A stretch of DNA of 64,000 bases from Monocercomonoides exilis PA203 (Eukaryota; Protista; Preaxostyla), in assembly GCA_001643675.2 (NCBI GenBank), contig LSRY02000022.1, positions 434,001 through 498,000 on the forward strand, read 5' to 3'. The translations under genes and the position numbers were made by a program. This document shows, piece after piece, positions 11,700-23,744 of this stretch (position 1 is the stretch's first letter; every line of letters starts with the position of its first letter). Under the pieces are notes generated by a model, which was not told where the DNA came from, did no database searches, and saw only the letters and a program-made list of their open reading frames with translations.

Positions 11700-14600
11700 T
11701 CTATTGGTTGGCATATCGAGTCTGATCGGAGTGTTCCTCGCGAAGAAGCCAGGAGCCTAGAAGAGCCAAATGCACAAAATCGGAAGACGGAGTTTCAGAA
11801 TGTGAAGCGGCAGTTCCAGCGCAGCGCAGAAGAAAACAGTTTCAACGAAAACCTCAATTCCTGCAAATAGAAAATTCCATACTCGTTGGAATGCTGGCAA
11901 AGATGACGGGCGAAGTAACACAAAACTTCACTGTTTTCATCCTCAAAGAATCCCATTTGTTCACAAGCACGCAATGCGAAAATGAAAACATTTCAATCGT
12001 CTTTTTCCAGTTGCACAACCTCCTCAATAACTGCGTCGTCATATTTCTCCTCTGCCTCAATTCCTGCTCCAAAACGCAAAAATTTCCCATCTGACTCCAA
12101 ACATCCATTTCATATTCTCGTTCATATTCGCTCCAAATTTTCTTCTCTTAACTCTCTTCCAGAATCGCATTGGTTTCCATTTGATTTTTTTCTTTCAGAT
12201 GAAATATTCGCCTTCAGCTGATTTGGAAAATATGGAGGAGTCACATACTACTCCTCCTTTTTCCTCTTCCTGTTCTTTCTCCTCCATCGCTGCAAGCTCC
12301 ACCAAAATCCACGCCATTTGGTGCAACTCTAACCACTCTAAATTCTTTGCCACAACCTATGACACAGCCTTCACCGGCAGTTTCAACCAGATCTCAACCC
12401 TTGCACCCACCTACACACACGAAAAAACCGGCTCACTGTCGTCCAGCTCCGGTTCAACAGCGCAAAGTGATGATTCACCTTCTTCACAACTGCTCTGTTC
12501 TCAGACACATCCAGATGCGCTCATCGGGAAGCAGCATCGTACACATCCGGCAACTGCTGGCACAGCGCAAAGAAGTCGTTGCGCTGGAACACCTCAAGCA
12601 CAGACGAAAATGATAGAAAACAACACACAAACGACCGTTACACTTTCAGACAGACCGGCAGCTGCTGCACTGGATATGTCTGGACTTCGCGCAAGAAGAA
12701 GAAATTCAAACTTAAAGTCTGCGATGCACATGATAACGAAGGGGACTCAGTTGATGTTTCTCAACTGCGCATCTCATCTTGCTGCACTTTTATCTACTAC
12801 TTCCGCTTCGCTGTTTCTTCCCCTCATAAGTTCATCAAAGATTCAAGAAACATAAACATTTCGGCCTCCCCTTTCTCCGGATGCATCCCCTCAATCTCCG
12901 CAAAATGTTTCAAGGTCCTCTTGCGCAACTTCCCTTCATGCACCGTGTAGATGCATTTCTTGCAAATCCGAAACAAAGCCATCAGGAAGTTCTCGCTCTC
13001 CTCCATCGACTGCTGAGACAGCATTTCTCAATTCTTCAATGGGTTGAAGAACAGGAAGAGCGAAAGCTCGTCTCCAGTGAACTCCTCCCCCACAAACTTC
13101 CCAAACAGCAACATTTGCACAAAGTCCTTCGGGAACAGCTCCACATCGTAGATCATCGCTCATCGTGCAGCCTTGCTCTTCTTCTCCTCTGAGTTCTTTT
13201 CCGTAAAACACATGAACACAAAGTTCACAAACTCCCGCACACACATCTCTGCCCCGGCCAGGGTCTGTCTCGGTCTTATCTCAGTAAATCCCCCGAATCT
13301 TCTGAATCTTTCTCGCAAGCAACAATTGCCGCACTATCTTAAGCAATTTCAGCAGACGCTGCATCGACACAGATCACAGCTACGCGGGAGGCATGTATAG
13401 AACATTCGCCGTTTCATACGCAACCTGCCCCAGAAACCCAAACGCTTTACTCATCATCCGCTCCATCGCCGTCGGCACCTCCAGCAAAGATTCACCACCT
13501 GTTCCAGACAACCCTGCCCCGTTTACGATCGACAAATTCACAGACCACTCCGATTCCTCAAAGTCTCAATCAGTCTTCCGCATAAGAAGCAAAAACAGCT
13601 GCTGCACAACATTCGTCTTCACTTCCCCTTTCTTTTCACCTGTTGGAACTGCAGTTGATATCCATTCTTCCCACTCTCTTTTCGGATCTCAGTGTGGAAA
13701 CAGATAATCTTACACAGCGTACTCGTATTTCTTTCTTCTGCCATTTCACACTCCTCTGCCCCGTATCTCCGATCCCACCAAAGCTCCCTCATTCCATCTT
13801 CTCTTTCAGCTACTTCGCATTCTCAGTCAGATGCTCTTCTGTCTCTTCATGTATGGTCTTCATTTTCTTCTGCTTATCTTTTTATTCTTGAATCGTTTGA
13901 TTTTTCCAGTCAAAAAGGATATCCCCACTTTCACAGCAAACACCTTCAAGTTCTGGTCTCACCAAAGCATCACAACACCGTTGTCACCGATGTTCACTAC
14001 AAACTTCCACTGTTTCTGTTCACACAGTCCAAATAGAATAATCAACGAAAGCGAAGATGGTACCATCCTGCGAAACAGAGAGACAAGCAAAGAAAACGTG
14101 GCAAAATGATTCCCCTTCACAGCCGACGACATCTCATTTTTTCCGTTCACATTCCTGCACTGTATTTCTTTGTCTGGCGCTTCTTCTCCTTCTCAATCTT
14201 TCCACCAATCAACTCCACCTTCTCCTTCATCTCCACCAGCTGCTCCTGCAGCTCCATAGCCTCATTCACCTCTGCGCTGTGCTTTTCTCTCAGCTCCAGA
14301 TTCTTCATCTGATTCGTCCGGATAATCTTGTCTATCTCCTCCAGCTTCTCTATCTGTCCTTCAATCCGCTTCACTTCATTCACCCATTATTCTCCTTCTT
14401 CTTCATCTGCTCCTTATCCTTTTCCTATTTCTTCTTTTCTTTTCCATTCTCTTCCTATTTCTTCCTTGTATTTTGCCATCGTTACAGCTGCTGGAGACAG
14501 AACCGCATCCTCCATCCTCAACCTCGCCTTCTTCATCGCCTTCTTCTCGGCTTCTTCCTCGCATAGCATACTCCTATCCCACGCCCAATCACCTCATCAT

Positions 14601-15030
14601 CAATCTTTATTATGAAACGCATCGGCTGCAGTGATAAAAACTCCATCAACACAATCGCACACGGAAACGGCGAATAGATAAACAGATCATAGATCTACGG
14701 CAACGCATTCACATCTGCTGCTGCAAAGATCCGCTTGCTCCCCGACTTCGTGTCCACCGACGCTGCAAGAGACGGAAGCGGGGCCACCAGCGGAACCGAA
14801 AGCATCACTAAAAGAGCCTCATCGGAGGCACACACCACTCCCATGCAGCACCGCCGTTCGCACCACAACATATCCCGGCAGCGCCAGCGGTTACAGCAGC
14901 AGCTGCAGCGACAGCGGCATGTGCCACCAATACACCCCAGCCACATCAGGCACCAAAATTCGCAGTCACCTTTCGATGTCGTCCATTGCTGCTGCCGACA
15001 GGTTTTATGCAGCCACAGCTGATGTATTGG
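11700..15030 (-). pseudogene. Large degenerate gene of an unidentified multicopy family
   Basis: GC-richer coding-like sequence with many stops and frameshifts on the minus strand, E/K coiled-coil segment at 14147-14383; 14640-15000 is paralogous to 48620-48960. Borders approximate. Confidence 0.5.
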
Positions 15031-16473
15031 ACGAATCAATATCCGGCACATATTATGATAAATACTTATCCCCTTCTTCTTCTTTAATAGGGATATCGGT
15101 AAGGGAAGATTTGAATAAGTGATAGGTGTGCTGCTCTTATTAAAGAAAACAATGAAAGTTAAAACAAACGAAGCAAATTGCAGTTTGATGTATGGTAACA
15201 GTTTAAAATACACTTAGTATTCATTTTCATTCCTTTATTGTCTCATTTTCAAAAATAAATAAAAACTAAAAATAAAGATTATTAATTGTGTTATTTTTTG
15301 CTTGAATGCATTTCAATCATAAATTCTTTAAAGTTGAAATAATAATAAGTTTTTAACAAATTGTCAAAGTGCACTTTTTGCTATATTAATAGCCTCAAAG
15401 TTGAAAAATAAAAATAATTAAAATTTCAAAATCAACAGATATGAAGCTAATAAAAAATATATTCATTTGCTCAATGAGGTTATATTGATTAATATCGTTG
15501 CTGTTCAAATGAAAGATTTGAAAAAATCGTTGTGTTGAAAAAGATAAAAGGAAAAACTTAAAATTTACGTATTTCACTTAAACAACAAAAATAAACAATA
15601 AAATACTTCAAGTTATGTGTTCATCGGTTTGTGTCAACAAATATTATTGCAAATAATAAAACGTCAAACTCTTCCATAGAGAAAAAAAGAGTGCATAAAT
15701 TATTTAATAAATTATTACGGTTTACAAATATATCGTCCTAACTTTTTGTGGGATAGATCAGGATAAAAAAAAGTGATTTTTCAAAAATTTTCACCCATTT
15801 ATGTGCTCAAAAATTGTAATTGTATTGTAAATTCGAATTATTATTGGTTGATATCTGAAACTTAAGAACTCTGAGACTTTATTTCATTTTTTGAACAATG
15901 ATTTTAGGCATACACTATTAGTTTCAAATTTTGTTTTTCATTCTTGAAAAGTTGAAAAATTTATTAAACGAAACAATCGTTTTTAGATGAAAATTTGAAA
16001 TTCAACAAGCATCAATCTATTTATCTGAATATTATTGAATTTTTCATGGAAACTTTAAAGATTTTAAATTGTTTGAAAAGTTTTTGTTTAAAAGTTTTCT
16101 TTTTTTAATTGCTTTTACGAAAGAGCAATTCAGCTTCTTCCTTTAAAGCTATAACTTTTTTTGGCAAATTCGCGTTATATCGGACATCGAAAAATTGATT
16201 TTATTGTTGATAGAAATGTTTATCAATCAAATATATTCATGTTTCGGTGATTCAAATAGCGCGGAAGTTAGTCAAAATCAGGTTTTTAATTTTTCTTTTT
16301 TCAAAAAATTATAATTGTGGGTCAATGAAAAAAGTCGAAAAATCGAAAAAATTGACACAGTTATTATTCACCCTCTCGTTCTGATAAATCTGCACAATCG
16401 GACAATCCCAAGCCATCACTTTTCGGAATAATTAAACTTATGTGATAATAAAAAAATTAATAAATTAAAAATG

Positions 16474-16560
16474 AAAAAAAAGTACTTGGTGGGATTCGAA
16501 CCATAGACCATTCCATTAACACAAGAAAAATCCTAACCATACAATCAGTGCTTCACACTG
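16474..16560 (-). ncRNA. tRNA-like Pol III unit (copy 2)
   Basis: Minus strand reads AGCACTGATTGTATGGTTAGG...TTGTG...GGTCTATGGTTCGAATCCCACCAAGTAC then a T-run; perfect box B at 16491-16502, degenerate box A; TTAGGG repeats upstream on the minus strand (about 16595-16656). Confidence 0.5.
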
Positions 16561-16707
16561 AAAGATTCTATTCAAAAATTTTCTTTTATTTTTAACCCTA
16601 ACCCTAAAACAAAACAAACCCTAAAAAGTTGATTCAAATGCAAACCCTAACCCTAAAGCCACAGTTGAAACGAAAATTGATAGAGAAATGAAAAAAAAAT
16701 ATATATA

Positions 16708-19245
16708 CAGTCAGTGCCAAAGCCGATCCTTGGTGCGAAACCCGATCCTTTAAAATATGCTAATATCGAAAATTTTGAAAATAAATTCTCATCAACGCAT
16801 TTCAAAAAATAAAAACATGATAAATTAACACAATAATCATCATTAATCTATGTTTAGCAATTATGAAATCACAAGTCAATGAAATGATTGATGAAATAGA
16901 AAAGAACGAATATTTTCATTTTAAATTATCATATAAGGAAAAAATGAGATCATATTTGAGTTATTGAAAGAAATTGACACAAAAAACGATGATTAATATC
17001 AAAAAATGCAAAATGTTTTCATTAAAAGCATTTATCAAAATTATCAATTTGATCATGACCCATATAACATGAGCAACAAAACATATCTCTCTCCTCTTCA
17101 ACTTCATCGCGAACTTGCATCCAGCAAATATCGTTCCATTCCTTCAACAACGAAAAAATATTTGCAATTCGAAATGATTATTCACTGAAATGGCAAACTG
17201 CGGTGAATGAAAAACTTATATCCAAAGGAGCTTGGTTCAGGGAAATCAAAGCACAAAAGGAAGGAAGGGATGTTTGAGTTGATGGGCATCCTTTAACCAT
17301 CAATTCACGACAGCTCGAAACAATAGAAAATCAAGTTCTTGTGAAGTTGTCGGAACAGGAAACTGTTAGAGTGCATGACGTTCAAAACATGGTTTGATTC
17401 GTTTTTGACTTTTTTTTTTATATATACATTATTATGAGTGCGTGGATATTCTCGAAAAGGATTCTACAGATGAAAACGAGCCAAGAAAAATAAACGAAAA
17501 ATATGCATACAAGTTGCTAAAAAGAAGTGAAATTATTCATGCTGCAATTTCAAGGCCAACTGACATTTCAAAAATTGCGGCTCAATCGCCAGAGAATGTC
17601 AGACAATGGTTTGAAGAATTGTCTGAGGATATTAGCAGGAATAACATTGATTCATCGAGTATATTTAATTTTGATGAAACCTCATTGAATTTGAATGAAA
17701 GTTCAAGCAAACTAATTGTTTGCCTGAAAAATCAAATTCCTCCGTCTTCTCCAGCTCCTCCGAAAGTGCCAAATTCAACGTTGTGCTTATGTGTATGTGC
17801 GGATGGATCCTCTCCAAGAAAATTTCTTCTTTGGCCGACAAAACGTTTACCCGAAGAATTTTCTAAACTTACGTCTTTCGATATTGAAGTTCTTCCTTCA
17901 TCATCTGGATGGATTACAAAAGAGATTTTCAGGAGCATCATGATCAACAGCTGGATTCCCTGGATCGTGTTCAAAGTTAAGCCAACCACTACACATAAAG
18001 CCCTGTTCTTGATGGATAATCATATTTCTCATGCAGATGATTCTGTTTCAAGATCGGCTGAGGAACACAACATAATAATAATATTCTTTCCTCCCAACAT
18101 GACTCATCTTTTACAGCCATGTGATTCATGCATCTTCTCTCGTTTGAAAACAACGCTTTATAACAAGTTCCAAATTCCTTCTCCGTTTTCAATCCATTCA
18201 TACTGAGCATCACTTGCGGACACTCTCCCTGAAGCAGTAGCTGCAGCAACAATGCCTTCCACAATCAAATCAGCTTTCATTAAAAGTGGAGTTTGGCCTG
18301 TTGCTGCCGCCCCAGTTTTGGAACGCATATCTGGATCACCAATACAGAATCTCAAATGCAATTCTGAAACTTCTGTTTCATCCCGAGATTGGAGAGAAGA
18401 GTTGTTTGGGAAATATTCTCCTCAAAGCGACAAACAATTATCTTCTTCACAACCTTCAAAGCATTCATCTGTGAAAGATTCTGCAATAACAAAAGAACCG
18501 ACAACATTGATCGTTAATCACAGAAAATTTTCGACCGACGAAAATTCCACTGAAGGAAAAACATCAAAAGAAGCTAATGAGATGGATGAATCTGAGCTAA
18601 TGAAACAAATTGAAGCAACAAAAGAGCATTTACATTTTCTTCAAAAGCAGCTTGAGAAAATTGGAAAACCAACTTCATCTTCTTCTGAAAAGAAACGAAA
18701 GAATAAACATAGTCGACAAGAACTTAATGAATTGATGAATTTAGAACCTGCAAAGGAAAAAAAGGCTTCGAGAAAAAATGCAAAGAGAATGATTGAAATA
18801 CTTAAAGACGATGAAAAAGAAGTGAAATCAACTTCAAAAAATGAAAACAGAGATTTCGATCACCCTCCCAGAGAAATTTCTCCTTCATTTAATTCGAAAG
18901 AGAAACGCATTAGAGAAACATACTACTCAAAATTCAACTGCAGAATAAAACTCTAGCCTTCACATTATTTTGAAGAACAAACTAGAAGTTTTCTATTTGA
19001 AGAATTGCTTCATATCGATTATTTTTAACCATTCCAATAATAAAACAAAAACAAAATGTATTTTCTTTGTTTATTATTTCATTTGAAAATGACTAAATAT
19101 GTTGCCAAATACCTGGTTCCAAAGAATAGTTAAACACATTTTGTTTTTTGTTGAAGAAATATTAAACAACTTCGAAAAATGATCGCATTCTCTCTCTCTC
19201 TTTTGGTTCGGGTTTCGCACCAAGGATCGGCTTTGGCACCGACTG
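16708..19245 (+). mobile_element. pogo-like (Tc1/mariner superfamily) transposon, 2538 bp
   Basis: 38-bp TIRs CAGTC[A/G]GTGCCAAAGCCGATCCTTGGTGCGAAACCCGA (16708-16745, 19208-19245; 1 mismatch) with TA on both sides; DDE_1 transposase inside. Confidence 0.93.
17069..18956 (+). pseudogene. pogo/DDE_1 transposase (DD35D), disrupted
   Basis: FNFDET, SSGWIT, LMDNH, HLLQPCD with 35 residues between D2 and D3; in-frame TGA at 18204-18206 followed by 18252-18956 in the same frame; more stops in the N-terminal exon; probable intron after about 17391. Confidence 0.88.
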
Positions 19246-19804
19246 TAATAGGTTTATTAAACTATTCCGTAAACTGTTCAAGTGAACACTCTTCATTAAA
19301 AATGCATAAATTCAATAAAAAACTGAAATTTTCATTTGTCTTGAAAAAGCTATTTTTGGACTTTATCTTTTTTTCGTTAACCCTAATCGGGAATTGACCC
19401 AAAATTGTAATATTTTCGAAACATTTTTTATTTTTGACAAAACGTTTTCCGCGCCTTAAAACTATTTTTAAAATGAATAAGATACACATTTAGGTATATC
19501 AGACGCAAAAAAACTGGAATTTTCGTTGTCCAATATAACGCGATTATGCCCTTTTTTTTCTTTTTCCATTTGAACGATCGTCAGGTGGGTAGGAATTATG
19601 TGCATAATGAATTTTGTTCCACGGAATACTTACAAATATTTTTTTCAACTTTTAAATAATTTTCTTTATTTTATTTTGCACAAGAATATATGAATATTAA
19701 TAATTCAATAACAAAAAAATTAAGAATTAAAGGTCTATTTTTCATATTTGCGAAAATTTTTGAGGCAGATTTAAAGTTTAACCCATTAGATATTATCAAA
19801 AGAG

Positions 19805-20912
19805 ATGGATCGTGAACAGTTACGTCACAAAAAAAAGGAAGTTGAGTCACACCTGAAAGTTTTATCAACTCCTGTGAAAAATGACGCTCCGACGAATTGG
19901 GCGTTGAGATGGATTACCGGACTTATTGCTGGACCTCTGTTTCTTTTTTCTTCTGTTTATGCTCCTTATCTCTTTGTTGTGCTTGCTTTGATTCTATGTA
20001 TTGTGGCCTATCTTGAATGGGATAATTTTATCCTTTGTTTGTTCCCTGAAGATCTTGAGAAACATCAAATTTTAAGAGTATTTTATGTAATTATCGGAAT
20101 CACACTTCCGCTTGCGGCTATTTTTACTGGTAGTTTTCATCCAGTTGCAGCAATGCTAATGGTGGCATTTTTTGCCTTGATATCATTTCATATCATTTTA
20201 GCTATGTTCACAAAGGTTTGTATTGCTTCTTAAAAATATAACACAAATTATAATGATTTTCAGCAAGATAGACTTTCTTCTGCAGGCTATAACCATTTCG
20301 CAAACCATCTTGTTGGAATCTTATGGATTGGAATGGGTGTATCATGCTTGATTTTACTTGTGAAAAAGCAGCCTGCGTTTGCTTTTCTTGGACTTGTGGT
20401 TTGCCTTTTTTTATTTTTCAAAAAATTTTTTACGAACTTTTTGAAGATTGGAATATTGTCGGACACTTGCGCAATGTTTGTTGGGAGATCGATTGGAAAG
20501 CACAAGATTTTTGTTGCGCTGAGCCCAAAGAAAACATGGGAAGGATTTTTCGGTGGAGTATTTGGATCAGGTCTATTTCTACATCTTTATAATCTATTTT
20601 TAATTTTAACGTTTTCTAAAACTAGTGATTTTATATTTTCTTGTTGTTTATTCATTTAGAGACAAATGGAGTGCAGCAGTTAATATATCTTGGCAGCCTC
20701 TTGCGGTTGTTTGCATTTTAGCTGGATTTGTGGGGCAGTTCGGAGATCTTGCACAAAGCTACTTTAAGCGCATTGCAATGATTAAAGATAGTGGAGTGTT
20801 TTTTCCTGGGCATGGAGGCGTTCTTGACAGAGTGTGTGGACATTTATGCATTGCTCAATTTTTGTATTTTGCAACACAGTTTCCGGTAATAAAGGAGCAA
20901 TGTGGCAATTAA
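19805..20912 (+). CDS. cdsA: Phosphatidate cytidylyltransferase (CDP-diacylglycerol synthase)
   Basis: [53 protein letters not shown] motifs; multiple TM segments; GT-AG introns 20216-20263, 20399-20446, 20571-20625 join one frame. Confidence 0.93.
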
Positions 20913-22026
20913 AAATTTAGTACTTGAATTTTTATCGAATTGATTGTCTATTTATATTATTGTTTAAGTTTTTTTATCAACTTCACAGAATTAGAATTCT
21001 GTGATAAAGACTTTGGGTGGCTTTCAGATGTTTATGTTTTTTCTAAAAATAATTTAATCTCGATAAGTTAAAGTTGTAATCTCTGATAACTTTCTAACTT
21101 ATTAAACATCACTTATTCAAGAAAAATTTGGAAAAATAAAAAATTACTGTTTCAATTTATCTAGCCCATGAGTTATATTTAACGAAAGTTTTTTTGAATT
21201 TGAATTTTGCATTTGAAATGGTTTCGTGAAAAGGGTGTGTATTCGAATATGCTTGTATCTGTTTTTCCTCATAGAGGAGTTTTGACAAAAATTAATCTTG
21301 AAAAGTTATGAAAATTTCTTTTGAGTTTTTTTACAAGAGTTTTCGAAGAGTTTGTTTTCGAAACAAAAGAATAAAAGTTGATAGAGTTATTTGTTGTGCA
21401 GCAATGATAAGGGCATTTAAGCAATCGCTTGATTTGTGAATTTTTCCTGTTTCTTGTACTCAAAAGCTTATCTTTCACTTCACAATATTGTATTATCTTA
21501 CGAAACCAATGTTGCTTCAATAAAACAAAAATTTTCAATCCCTTTCTGGTGAAAAAGAATTTTGGTAAGAGTGGACTCAACCGACACCCTAAAATTAACA
21601 TGCATAATCATCTTTCCAACATATTTAATAATAAATATTAAATATGTTCAAATTTTATTTGGAAAAATAACTAAATTCAAATATTAAAAATCATCTTCTT
21701 TCTTATCATTAATTAACAAAAAAATAGGATTTTTCAGGTAAACCCTAACTTTTTTACCTTTTCGTAACCCTAGCAAATAAAACGCGAAAACAACAAGTCA
21801 TATAACACTAAAAAATCTTCAATTCAGAGCTTGTTTAAGAAAAGAAATAACATAAACTTAAATATAATGGGCGTGATCAAAATAGGTGTCGATTGATACC
21901 ACTTTTTCCAGAATTTTTAATGAAATTCATGTGCTTGCATTTTTCATATTTGTTTAAAAAAATACTTCTCCTGAGCTTTACCGGAAAAAATCTAAAAAAC
22001 GTTATGAAATCTTTCGAGAATAAATA

Positions 22027-23026
22027 CACCAAAAATAATTCAAAGTCGAAAAACTTTCAAACGAAATCGAAAATTATTATTCAAAGTCGGAAAACTTTCA
22101 TTCAAAGTCGAAAGTTTTCATTCGAAGTCGGAAAACTTTCATTCAAAGTCGAAAGTTTTCATTCGAAGTCGAAAAAGTTTCATTCAAAGTCGAAAATTAT
22201 TATTCAAAGTCGAAAAAGTTGCAAACGAAATCGAAAAATTTTCAATCGAAATCGAAAAACTTTCAATCGAAATCGAAAATTTCACAAAAAAATTACCGTT
22301 TAATAAAAAGTATTCCACAATAGAATAATAATATTCTTTTGTTTTCGGAAATATTATCTGCAATGTTTGCGTTGCTGATTTCTGCAAATTTTGAAGATTT
22401 CGAACCAAAATAAACTCAATTATAAACAATAAACAAAAGTTATTACATTTGTTGCCTTTTATTAGAAATAAGTTTTTTGATATGAAAAACGCGAAATTAG
22501 AGAGCCAATATTGCGTGCATCATTCTTCATTAATTGAGAAAAAACATAAATAAATAAATTTTGCCAATCTTTTGTAAAGCAGTGTTCTTTCAATTGAAAT
22601 AAGATCAAAATGTGTCAGTATTTCTCTCATATTTATAAATTTTGTAATTGGACAAAAGAAAGCAAAGAAAAATTTCGGAAAAAACATGAAAAATCATTAT
22701 AATAACAAATATCATTGATATTTTAACAATCACAATGTTTGTTTAACTTTTATTGATTTTTGTCATCTTTTTGAAAATTCGAAGTTTTTCGAACTTTCGA
22801 CTTTGCTTGAAAGTTTTTCGATTTCGATTGAAAATTTTTCGATTTCGTTTGCAACTTTTTCGACTTTGAATAATAATTTTCGACTTTGAATGAAACTTTT
22901 TCGACTTCGAATGAAAACTTTCGACTTTGAATGAAAGTTTTCCAACTTTGAATAATAATTTTCGATTTCGTTTGAAAGTTTTTCGACTTTGGTTGAAAGT
23001 TTTTCGATTTTGAATAATTTTTGGTG
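22027..23026. mobile_element. 1000-bp foldback-type non-autonomous element with modular inverted arms
   Basis: CACCAAAAA...TTTTTGGTG termini; arms of about 250 bp built of about 20-bp TTCAAAGTCGAAAA-type units in inverted orientation; TAAATA directly repeated on both flanks (22021-22026, 23027-23032). Confidence 0.8.
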
Positions 23027-23744
23027 TAAATATTCTTACTGTGAAAATGAAGAAAACACCAAACTCAACAAAAATAACAAAAGAAATACATAAACATCAA
23101 TAATATAGTGATTACAAACAAAATTAATAATCAAAAATTGTGTGTCATTGTTTATGAACGAGTCAAAAACAGAAAATGAAAAGCAAAATAAAACAAAATA
23201 AAATCATACAGTCAATAAAAAACAATAGTGCATTTTTCATATTAAAAACAAATTAATATGCTCCAATAAAAAATCTGAAAACAAAAATGCATCAAAATCT
23301 GAATTGGCAGACCGAATCTGGCTTCAACAAAACAACTTGAAAAAAGAATTATAATCTATATTAATTCAAAAAATTGAAAAATGTTGCAGTCAAACCCGCA
23401 TGAAAAAGAAATAATGATAATGCTTCTTTAAAAATCCATACAAAAATAATGTGAACTTTTTCTTCAAAGATTGAAGATCAATTTATATGTTTCTTCATCA
23501 CCATCACCACCATCATCAACAGCAATAACAACATTGTAATCTTTTCCATATGAATTTGATTTGGCTTTTTGATTATTCAAGCCGTAAAGGTTGAATCCTT
23601 TCATCTTTGAAAAAGGTTTAACTGGAAATAAAAAAACTGTCAAGTCAAAAGCAAAATTTGTTTTGCTTCCTCTGATAAAATTTTGCACACTCAATCGTCC
23701 ATTGTTTCAAGTTGTTCACAACTCCTCTCAAGTCATTGAAACAA

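Larger units (their letters stand above)
16163..19550. mobile_element. Non-autonomous GG-terminated TIR element (Merlin-like), about 850 bp without the nested pogo insertion
   Basis: About 31-bp TIRs GGCAAATTCGCGTTATATCGGACATCGAAAA versus reverse complement GGCATAATCGCGTTATATTGGACAACGAAAA; 8-bp TSD CTTTTTTT (16155-16162, 19551-19558). Superfamily inferred from GG ends plus 8-bp TSD only. Confidence 0.75.

Noticed and set aside
21568-21905. Imperfect inverted repeat (GTGGACTCAACCGACACC / GGTGTCGATTGATACCAC)
   Set aside because: Short, several mismatches and no TSD.
22040-22280. CRISPR-like array
   Set aside because: Adjacent degenerate units with no unique spacers, no cas genes, eukaryotic context; they are subterminal repeats.
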